DNA of 64,000 nucleotides from a virus. The DNA lies in the IMG/VR virus record IMGVR_UViG_3300048925_000129, one strand, 5' to 3'. Below the pieces are notes generated by a model. The model made no database searches. It saw nothing but the letters and a program-made list of their open reading frames with translations, and was not told the origin of the DNA. The position numbers and the translations under genes are program-made. Shown one piece after another: positions 14,521-22,277 of this stretch. Each line of letters begins with the position of its first letter. Within the stretch, counting starts at the first letter, position 1.

Positions 14521-14621
14521 CAAAGATATGAAATTAATTTCACATATGCAAATTTAATTGGTTAAATTTTTGTTAAATTTTTAGTAATGCAAAGATAGGA
14601 AATAAAATCCAAAAAAGCAAA
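14521..14621 (-). promoter_or_regulatory. Two tandem promoters for leader A / tRNA block A
   Basis: TTTG-N20-TATCTTTG at 14521-14552 and 14590-14621. Confidence 0.8.
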
Positions 14622-14637
14622 TACATAAAACTTTTTA

Positions 14638-14847
14638 TTAAAAGTATTCTTCATCAATGAAGAAATCCTCTTCATCTTCCTCCTCATCAATAAGGTGTAG
14701 TAGAGACTCATCTAAGTTTGAGTAAATACTACTGAACAAGGTTTTATCCTTATCCCAAATTCCAGTAGCTTCTGGTAAAACTGATTCCAGTTCACCTGAG
14801 TCCAGGAATGTATCATACAGATCTCTAAGTTTTGGGTTGTTCTCCAT
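14638..14847 (-). CDS. Small acidic hypothetical protein
   Basis: 69-aa ORF with D/E-rich tail. Confidence 0.7.
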   Translation of the reverse strand: MENNPKLRDLYDTFLDSGELESVLPEATGIWDKDKTLFSSIYSNLDESLLHLIDEEEDEEDFFIDEEYF

Positions 14848-15088
14848 AACCTTTCTTTTTTAAATCATTAATTATAAATAGATACTCATCTTCCATTTTA
14901 GTAGAAGGTTCCTCATCTAATCTATAATTTATCACTTCTTTCCCACTTCCATTATCAAGGACTGTTTTGACTAAGAATTTAGGGGGTTTGGTAGCAGTTT
15001 TTACGTGCAATACACTTTTAACCCCCTTCATTTTTCTTATTACATTTAGCCAATGATTATGGAAAGCCATATCATATAAGCCTTTCAT
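14825..15088 (-). CDS. Hypothetical protein
   Basis: 87-aa ORF in operon. Confidence 0.65.
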   Translation of the reverse strand: MKGLYDMAFHNHWLNVIRKMKGVKSVLHVKTATKPPKFLVKTVLDNGSGKEVINYRLDEEPSTKMEDEYLFIINDLKKKGYGEQPKT

Positions 15089-15099
15089 ACTTCAAATTT

Positions 15100-15912
15100 T
15101 TAGAATGGACTATCATCATCTTCTGCTACTGCATTGGCTGCAAAAGGATTTTCACCTGTTGTAGTTGCTGTAACTGGAGTTTGTGTAGCCACTGGTGTTG
15201 TAGTTGGTTGAGTTTCTTCAGGAGCAGCTTCTGCCCATTCTTTGTAAAACTCAGATTGGTATACATTACCAGCTTTGAAATCTTCGTATCTCTTTAACTC
15301 ATACATTAGAACTTTAGACAGGAAAGTATCCTGAGCTTTGTAGTCCATTGTTTTTTGGCTTGGATTGATTGGGTCCTGTTCAACTATGAACATAGGAACG
15401 TTTCCTTTCTCTCCGAACTTTAATGAGAATTTGATTGGTTGATCTTTGTCTTGTCCTTCCTCTTGCTTATATCTGAAGTAAAGAATCTTGTCAACATATC
15501 CTCTTTGATTTTTATCCCTGTTTGAAGAGATGATAATCGACTTAGAGTAATCTAAGCTAGGAAGGATAGCAATTAGTTTCTTAACTTCATCATTTAATCC
15601 ACCTTTTATACTTTTAAGTGGTAGCTGAATTACATCAACTCCCGAAGGATCTTCATCAGATTGTACTGACAATTCTACGTAGCTAACTTTTCCTTTTGGG
15701 AATGTTTTCTCAGTAATTGCAAGGTATGAAACCTTACCGTAGTCTGTACTCTTATAAGGCTTTTGATAAGTCTTTCTTTCGTTTGCAGTACCTGCATCTA
15801 GAACGATCTCATTAAATCCTTCTTTAGGCTCTTTTGAGCTCTCATATAGTTCCCCTTTAGAGTTGATTCTTAGAAATGTAAAATTTCTCCCTGTTCCGAA
15901 TTCTTTTGCCAT
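15100..15912 (-). CDS. Probable single-stranded DNA-binding protein
   Basis: P/T-rich linker and acidic C-terminal tip AEDDDSPF; own promoter 15951-15982; near recA. Confidence 0.65.
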   Translation of the reverse strand: MAKEFGTGRNFTFLRINSKGELYESSKEPKEGFNEIVLDAGTANERKTYQKPYKSTDYGKVSYLAITEKTFPKGKVSYVELSVQSDEDPSGVDVIQLPLKSIKGGLNDEVKKLIAILPSLDYSKSIIISSNRDKNQRGYVDKILYFRYKQEEGQDKDQPIKFSLKFGEKGNVPMFIVEQDPINPSQKTMDYKAQDTFLSKVLMYELKRYEDFKAGNVYQSEFYKEWAEAAPEETQPTTTPVATQTPVTATTTGENPFAANAVAEDDDSPF

Positions 15913-15998
15913 GTTGTAAACTTTTTATTAATTAGTTATTTATTAGATTGCAAATGTACAACTTTATTTTGACATATGCAAATACATAAAAGTTAATT

Positions 15999-16496
15999 TT
16001 ATGTTAAAAATTTTTGTATTTCTTCTGTAGTTAAAAATATGTCTTCGTCATTCTCGTAAGCCTCCCACTCTTCTTTAGTTAAAATACTTGGTAATCTAGC
16101 TTCAACTGCTTCCACTAAAGGGTACTTTACTTTATAAAGTAACTTATCTTCTGTGAAATCCAATTTAATTTTACCTGTTCCAGGTCTTACGGATACTCTT
16201 CTTGATGTCGTGTGTACCATTCCTGTAGTTCCAGGAACAAGATACTTTGGGCATTTAACAGTAACAAATAAGTCGAACGCTGCACTAAAGATACTGCCAC
16301 ATGCAACTAACTGAAATTGTTCTGGGTCATATGATTCGAAAAGCTCTCTAAGCATTTCTGCAATTATACATTTACCTCCTGGGGAATCAAGCCATACTTC
16401 AAACTTCATCCCTTCTGGTAACTCGTTCTGAAACTGAAGAAATGTTTCAAACACATCCTCGTTCAATTCATCATTCCAATAAAATCTCCTTATCAT
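15999..16496 (-). CDS. ClpP-like serine protease
   Basis: WLDSPGG, GSIFSAA (Ser), GMVH (His), EDIFLTTEE. Confidence 0.75.
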   Translation of the reverse strand: MIRRFYWNDELNEDVFETFLQFQNELPEGMKFEVWLDSPGGKCIIAEMLRELFESYDPEQFQLVACGSIFSAAFDLFVTVKCPKYLVPGTTGMVHTTSRRVSVRPGTGKIKLDFTEDKLLYKVKYPLVEAVEARLPSILTKEEWEAYENDEDIFLTTEEIQKFLT

Positions 16497-16929
16497 AATC
16501 TAAATCTCTTCTATAAAATTTACCTAAAATATTGTCATTATAAAAGTCATCTGACTCAAGAACACCATAAGAGAATAAACATTGAGATTCATAATAAGTG
16601 ATTTGTTTCTTAGTGAAACACACTTTTAGAATTTCTTTCTTAACTAAATGAGCTCCATCATCCATTGATCCTTTCATTTCTCTTCCAGATGACCCTGCAT
16701 AGGTCTGCCACCTGACTTCCTTCTGGACTATTTCATAGGTTTTTAATCTTTTGTCTGTAATTAGAGCCAACTCCTTTTTAGTAAAATTTCTTTTAGTATA
16801 AGAGTACATAGATTTTCTTCCAATGTATTTCTTCCCATTTGAGAAGTGTAACATGTAAATAAACCCTATGGCTCCTTCAGGGAAGTCTTTAATGTGTTTG
16901 ACTTCCCTTCCTTTAAGAGTCCAATTCAT
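16471..16929 (-). CDS. GIY-YIG family endonuclease-like protein
   Basis: GFIY...GKKYIGRK, WQTYAGSS, FYNDNILGKF. Confidence 0.7.
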   Translation of the reverse strand: MNWTLKGREVKHIKDFPEGAIGFIYMLHFSNGKKYIGRKSMYSYTKRNFTKKELALITDKRLKTYEIVQKEVRWQTYAGSSGREMKGSMDDGAHLVKKEILKVCFTKKQITYYESQCLFSYGVLESDDFYNDNILGKFYRRDLDYDKEILLE

Positions 16930-16935
16930 TTTGTG

Positions 16936-17901
16936 TTATTTTAATTTTTGAGTAATCTCCTCAACTAACTCAGGATTATCCTTAAGCATTTGAGCAGCCT
17001 TTGGAGCCCCTTGTGCAATGTTTGTTCCATCATAGCTAATCCAAGATCCATTCTTTTGAACGACACCTTTTTTGATAGCAAATTCTAGGAAATCTTGCAT
17101 CTTGTCAACTCCTTCGTTGTAGTATACACTAACAACTGTTTCTTTAAAAGGAGCAGCAATTTTATTCTTGATCACTTTAATTTTCATCAAGTAACCAATA
17201 ACAAGATCTCCATCCTTTATTAATTGTCCTTTTCTTACATCAATTCTCTGAGAAGCATAAAACTTCATTGCATTACCACCAGTTGTAGTCTCAGGATTAC
17301 CAAACATAATTCCAATCTTTTCCCTTAACTGGTTAATGAAAATCACAGTAGTGTGAGTTTCATTTGTTTTTGCTGTAATTTTTCTAAGTGCTTGAGCCAT
17401 AAGTCTTGCAACCTCACCCATTTTCTTAGTTCCCATTTCATCTTCAAGTTCTGATTTAGGAGTCACAGCAGCAATGGAGTCAAAAACAATGATGTCAAAC
17501 AATCCTGACTCAATCATTTTATCTAAAATTTGTAATGCTTCTTCTCCAAATCCTGGTTGGTTTACAACTAGCTTATCTAAATCAACTCCTAATTTCTTAG
17601 CATAACTTGCATCAAAAGCCTGCTCAACATCCACGAAAGCACAAATTTTTCCTTCCTTCTGAGCTTCTGCAATAGCCATAAGAGTTAATGAAGTTTTCCC
17701 AGAAGACTCTGGACCATAAATCTCAATAATTCTACCTTTAGCAAAACCTCCTCCCATACAATCATCAATAGAGTAAACTCCAACTGGATTACATTCTACT
17801 TGTTGAGTGTTTGCATTTCCTAGAACTATTAAACTTCCTTCTCCAAAGCTTTTATTCATAGATGTTAGGAACTCATCTAAACTTAATTTCTTTTCTGCCA
17901 T
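16936..17901 (-). CDS. recA: RecA recombinase
   Basis: GRIIEIYGPESSGKT, DSIAA, FINQLREKIGIMFGNPETTTGGNAMKFYASQR. Confidence 0.97.
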   Translation of the reverse strand: MAEKKLSLDEFLTSMNKSFGEGSLIVLGNANTQQVECNPVGVYSIDDCMGGGFAKGRIIEIYGPESSGKTSLTLMAIAEAQKEGKICAFVDVEQAFDASYAKKLGVDLDKLVVNQPGFGEEALQILDKMIESGLFDIIVFDSIAAVTPKSELEDEMGTKKMGEVARLMAQALRKITAKTNETHTTVIFINQLREKIGIMFGNPETTTGGNAMKFYASQRIDVRKGQLIKDGDLVIGYLMKIKVIKNKIAAPFKETVVSVYYNEGVDKMQDFLEFAIKKGVVQKNGSWISYDGTNIAQGAPKAAQMLKDNPELVEEITQKLK

Positions 17902-17902
17902 A

Positions 17903-18640
17903 TTATTTTACTTTGTCTATTTTATCTAATTCTTTTTGTATGTAAAACTTTGTGGATTTTGGGAAGTCAGCAGTTAAAGCCCACCTTGCATATGAAGGGT
18001 CTTTAATAACAGGTTGATCTTTACATTTACCCATAGCCCAACATATTTCTCCATCAATGTATTTTAGTTTACCTAGAGGATCTACAAGATCATCCTTAAT
18101 ACCAAATGCAAAATTAAAATCTGCTGAATGGATGTCTAGGTTATGTGTTTCTATTTGTGCTTTTAAAACCTCCATAGAAGCTTTACAATCGGCTAATGCT
18201 GAGTGTGCATCATCTAAGTCTTTTCCAGTATATTGTTTGTATAGATATGATAGATTTCTAGGCTTGAGGACGGACTCAATTACAAGAGTATCCAATGTCC
18301 TATATTCACTAATATCAAAAGGAAAATCACTTAACAAACATTTCTCCGCAAGTAAAGGTAAATCAAACCGTCTGATATTCTGTCCACAGATAATTTTTCC
18401 TTTAATGAGTTGTAAAACAGTTGGTATAACCTCATGAAAATAAGGCATATGTTCAACCATTTCATTTGTTATTCCATGAATTGCAGATACATCTTCTGGT
18501 ATTGGCTTGAAGGTCTTACAAAGAGTTCTGAATTCTTTTTCTATTTTAAAATCTTTGTCATAATTGACAACAGCTACCTCACAAATCTCGTCTAGAGTTA
18601 GGTTTAATCCTGTTGTCTCAAAATCTATTGTTGAAAACAT
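17903..18640 (-). CDS. DEDDh 3'-5' exonuclease (DnaQ/epsilon-like)
   Basis: IDFETTG, IHGIT, NIRRFDLP, DAHSALAD. Confidence 0.92.
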   Translation of the reverse strand: MFSTIDFETTGLNLTLDEICEVAVVNYDKDFKIEKEFRTLCKTFKPIPEDVSAIHGITNEMVEHMPYFHEVIPTVLQLIKGKIICGQNIRRFDLPLLAEKCLLSDFPFDISEYRTLDTLVIESVLKPRNLSYLYKQYTGKDLDDAHSALADCKASMEVLKAQIETHNLDIHSADFNFAFGIKDDLVDPLGKLKYIDGEICWAMGKCKDQPVIKDPSYARWALTADFPKSTKFYIQKELDKIDKVK

Positions 18641-18731
18641 AATTTACTTTTTTGCAAATATAAGAAAAATTTCTGACATATGCAACAAAAAAATGAGAAA
18701 GTACAAAAAAATTTATACTTTCCCAAATTAA

Positions 18732-18980
18732 CTAACAATTAATACTTGACTTGAAATTTTTTATGAAGGATTCAATAATCCTTGCACATACCTTTGGTGT
18801 TAGGAGTTCCTGCCTTTCTCCATTGGGAAAGGTGATGCTTGCCTTCGAATACAAGTCATAAAGGTCGAAGGTCATAGCATAGAATTCATCCTCATGCCTT
18901 TGCCATAATTCGTCATCCACAATGTGTTCGGATACATAATCCCAAACATCATTGAAGAATTCATCGTAACTTACTATCAT
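18732..18980 (-). CDS. Hypothetical acidic protein (start revised to MIVSY)
   Basis: ORF downstream of promoter-like 18999-19030. Confidence 0.6.
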   Translation of the reverse strand: MIVSYDEFFNDVWDYVSEHIVDDELWQRHEDEFYAMTFDLYDLYSKASITFPNGERQELLTPKVCARIIESFIKNFKSSINC

Positions 18981-18998
18981 TGTGTGTGTGGTTTTGTG

Positions 18999-19172
18999 CA
19001 AAGGTATGCAAAAATTTTGAGATCACCAAATTTATAACAAAAAATATTTTTAAAATAATACTTGCATAATTCAAAATAATTTCGTACATTTGCAAAACGA
19101 TTGAAAATTCTACCAAAAACATAAAATTTTTTGTTAGGTATTTGGTCATGTTAAAAAAAAGTATTATATTTG
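18999..19172. promoter_or_regulatory. Divergent promoter cluster at the strand switch
   Basis: Minus-strand motif 18999-19030; plus-strand motifs 19061-19092 and 19141-19172. Confidence 0.75.
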
Positions 19173-19192
19173 CAAAGTCAAATGTGACACTT

Positions 19193-19447
19193 TCTATGTT
19201 GGTCGGTTGAATACGGTGGCAACATAGATTAAAAACTCACTACCATGAGGGTCCCTAAAGTGAGTAGGCAAGGTGACAGTCTTAATGCCTGGGAGAGGAA
19301 ATACCTCAAATATAAGACAAGTTCGGAATTTGTAAAAGTTAAATTAATCAAGCAAAAGTAATCTCAATCTAAACAAGAGTTACACAACCGAGCCCCAAAG
19401 AGTAGGGAATGAAAACATCATAGCCCTATAAGGGGAAGGTGTGTTCA
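19193..19447 (+). ncRNA. Candidate structured RNA or long 5' leader
   Basis: Stems TCTATGTTG/CAACATAGA, ACTCACT/AGTGAGT, GAGG/CCTC, long-range TCGGTTG/CAACCGA; no ORF. Confidence 0.45.
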
Positions 19448-19601
19448 AACGTTAACCTTTAAGGTTTAGTTTAACCTTTAGTTTTTAGTTATACTATTGG
19501 TTTATTTCAGTAATAGTTTACCTAATAATTTAGTATAACTATAATAACCACTATGCAAAAGTCAGAAATAGATGGCCTTTGTTTTTATTTAACTTAAAAG
19601 T

Positions 19602-19997
19602 ATGAGTGAAGAAAAGAAAATAGATAGTATCTATGCCTACCCAGTTAAGACTGATAGTAGACTGGATCTAATGAAAAAGGCAGTAGCAATATTTGCTACT
19701 CTGGAACGAGTGAGAACGGGGAGAGTAAAAATTAGAAGAAAACTGGAACAAGTGCTTGCATTTTATGCCCTTCAGGGATACAATACTGAAGCTAAGCAAA
19801 TGATAACTCAAACTCTAGGTATTTCTTCTGACAATTTGACACAGATCAATGCAGAGCTGACCAGAAATGGTTATCTAATCAGAGATAAGAATAACTTTAG
19901 AAAAAAATATTTGCATCCAGATATTTTGAGACTGAAAGACACTTTGGCTTCCCCAGTAATAGACAGCAAGAAAGCTATATTAGTTTATTTTGAATAA
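19602..19997 (+). CDS. Hypothetical protein, possible winged-helix
   Basis: ITQTLGISSDNLTQINAELTRNGYL. Confidence 0.65.
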   Translation: MSEEKKIDSIYAYPVKTDSRLDLMKKAVAIFATLERVRTGRVKIRRKLEQVLAFYALQGYNTEAKQMITQTLGISSDNLTQINAELTRNGYLIRDKNNFRKKYLHPDILRLKDTLASPVIDSKKAILVYFE

Positions 19998-20521
19998 TGA
20001 AAAAAGGTGAAATTAAAAAAGAAATTTACTTTACAAATGATATCTTCCGAGAGGTCTCTAAAAGGATTTCAGTGCAAGAGCCATTGGTAAAAGAAGTTTT
20101 CAATGATTTCATTAAAGACTTCAAGCAGTATATTCTAGATACAGATGGTTTATTTTATGGACTTACTCCTCTTGGAATATTGTCAATAAACAAAAAAGAT
20201 TTGGATAAAAATATCAAAAAATTATCTAATAAGCATTACAAAGAGACTGATGAGGAGAAAAAACAAGAGCTCAAACAATATCTGGAAAATTTCAAGGTGA
20301 GAGAGAAAAGGATGAGAGTAGAACAAGAAAAATTTAAGGTCATCTATCCTGATTTGATATCAAAAGTATTTTTAGATAAAACAAGAAATGCCATGTTTAA
20401 ACCTTCTAAGTTTGAATCTAGTTACTATACTGACAAAGTAAGACTAAAAGAAGCAGAGAAAGAACAAAACAATTATGCTTACAACTGGTATAAAAAGCAG
20501 GGTAAGCCAATCAACCATTAA
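19997..20521 (+). CDS. HU/IHF-like DNA-binding protein candidate
   Basis: DIFREVSKRISVQEPLVKEVFNDF...LTPLGILSI pattern. Confidence 0.5.
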   Translation: MKKGEIKKEIYFTNDIFREVSKRISVQEPLVKEVFNDFIKDFKQYILDTDGLFYGLTPLGILSINKKDLDKNIKKLSNKHYKETDEEKKQELKQYLENFKVREKRMRVEQEKFKVIYPDLISKVFLDKTRNAMFKPSKFESSYYTDKVRLKEAEKEQNNYAYNWYKKQGKPINH

Positions 20522-21168
20522 TGAAGGAAATAAATAAAGCAAGAAAGATCTTCAAAGGCTTTTTTCCTGATGAGACGGTATCCGATAAGGTGATGGAAGA
20601 GAGAAGATCTCTTTGTGGAGCCTGTGAGTACAACAGTGTTAATACACCATCAGAAAAGCTAAGTCCTATAGACTATCTCAGAAGTAATGTAACATCTGCT
20701 TTTTGTACTCTATGCAAGTGTCAAATTAAAGAAAAGACACAATCTCCTTTTGAGGAGTGTGCAGCTTACATGGCAGGAAAAGAAAAAAAATGGTTTAAGA
20801 CCAGATTAGAAACAATGAAAAACGAAGATTTAAATATAACCAATGTATCTGATGTTAAGGTAGATTTAAGTTTAGTTGGTAACAAATTTGTGGTAGACTA
20901 TGGAGTTCTACATTTCGGAGATAATACCGAGCTAGAATTGTTACTGGATATAAACAGTCCCGACAACTTCAAGATTCATTCAGTACAACCGAGCTGTGGA
21001 TGCACAGTAACAAAATATCACACTATTGAAAATAGGGGAACAATTTACTTTAGATTGGACCTGGGAGCAGTAGCTATAGGAAAGTTTTCAAAAGAAGTAA
21101 GTGTTGAGTATGTAGTTGGTAACCAGCCACATACAGTAGTAATATCATTAACAGGTTTTAGACAATAA
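20521..21168 (+). CDS. Zn-finger plus Ig-like (DUF1573-like) protein
   Basis: CGAC...CTLCKC...C; VQPSCGCT. Confidence 0.6.
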   Translation: MKEINKARKIFKGFFPDETVSDKVMEERRSLCGACEYNSVNTPSEKLSPIDYLRSNVTSAFCTLCKCQIKEKTQSPFEECAAYMAGKEKKWFKTRLETMKNEDLNITNVSDVKVDLSLVGNKFVVDYGVLHFGDNTELELLLDINSPDNFKIHSVQPSCGCTVTKYHTIENRGTIYFRLDLGAVAIGKFSKEVSVEYVVGNQPHTVVISLTGFRQ

Positions 21169-21172
21169 GATT

Positions 21173-21409
21173 ATGAGTGATAGAACTAACTACGGAACAC
21201 TGATTATATCCTCATTAAAGGACTTTCAGACTACATTTCCTAACATGAGTTTTGGTGAGATAATGTATTCTTTCTTAAGGCAAAATGATTTATCAGGTAA
21301 GACTCTACAAGAAATTAGAGCTTTATCAGATGAGGAAATATACCAGTCAATAGAAAAATCAATTAAGTACGAACAAGACGAACCTTTAAACACAGAAGAT
21401 ATTAAGTAA
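21173..21409 (+). CDS. Hypothetical protein
   Basis: 78-aa coupled ORF. Confidence 0.7.
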   Translation: MSDRTNYGTLIISSLKDFQTTFPNMSFGEIMYSFLRQNDLSGKTLQEIRALSDEEIYQSIEKSIKYEQDEPLNTEDIK

Positions 21410-21891
21410 TGGAGATTAAAGATCTACTAGAAAAAAGATTACAGGAGTTAATGACGGTTACCAAAACTCTGTCAGCACAATCTTCTGACCATAAATTCAG
21501 GACAGCCGAAATTATTAAGGAGATTAAATCATCTGGAACTTCAAATACAGACAGAGACAACAACAGAAGATTAGTCACTGAAATGAAAAAGATAAACTCT
21601 TTTTCCTTTGTAAAATCTAACGAGGTAGGAATCAATGTAAGAATCATGAATGAAATTTATGCATTTATGAAATTCATTGATCATGAACCTAACCTTGCTC
21701 CAGAAGATATTGAAGTTTTAGAGTTTAACCTGGCAAACATAAAACCAACTTTCATTCTTGATAAAGGAGAAGTTGTTTTTTTCAGTAAAGAAGCTGAAGA
21801 TTTTGTTATGGAAAAGATGAATCAACCTGATTCTAGGGATGATGAGTATATTGAAAAAATAAGAAACTTTAAGGAGGATGGCAAAAGCTAA
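21409..21891 (+). CDS. Hypothetical protein
   Basis: 160-aa coupled ORF. Confidence 0.7.
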   Translation: MEIKDLLEKRLQELMTVTKTLSAQSSDHKFRTAEIIKEIKSSGTSNTDRDNNRRLVTEMKKINSFSFVKSNEVGINVRIMNEIYAFMKFIDHEPNLAPEDIEVLEFNLANIKPTFILDKGEVVFFSKEAEDFVMEKMNQPDSRDDEYIEKIRNFKEDGKS

Positions 21892-22237
21892 GAATCTAAC
21901 ACCCCATATTGATTACGTTGAGCATTGTCTGGACCTACTTAGAGATAGACTAGATGAATGTAATGACTACATGGCTACAGTCAAATGGACTGAGAAGAAC
22001 ACAGAAGATGAAAGAGAGAAGGAATTCAAGTTTCAGGCTGGTCTTATGAACAACTATATTACATGGATTTCTCAGTATGCCGACCTTTCTGGTATGGTAT
22101 CAGAATTAAAAGAGCTTACCAACACAGGAGATGTGAAGGAAGTAAGAAAAGGATCTAACAAAAGTGCTTATGCAGATATGCTTAAGGCTGGAGAGTTGGG
22201 TGAGCAGCAGAATGATGATGACGATGATGATTATTAA
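21878..22237 (+). CDS. Hypothetical helical protein (terminase small subunit candidate by position only)
   Basis: Immediately upstream of terL. Confidence 0.55.
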   Translation: MAKAKNLTPHIDYVEHCLDLLRDRLDECNDYMATVKWTEKNTEDEREKEFKFQAGLMNNYITWISQYADLSGMVSELKELTNTGDVKEVRKGSNKSAYADMLKAGELGEQQNDDDDDDY

Positions 22238-22277
22238 AAAATTACTCCCACTACAAAAGTAGTGGGTTTTATTGTAT

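Noticed and set aside
18961-19149. 62-aa minus-strand ORF
   Set aside because: It spans the divergent promoter cluster; low-complexity AT-rich translation.
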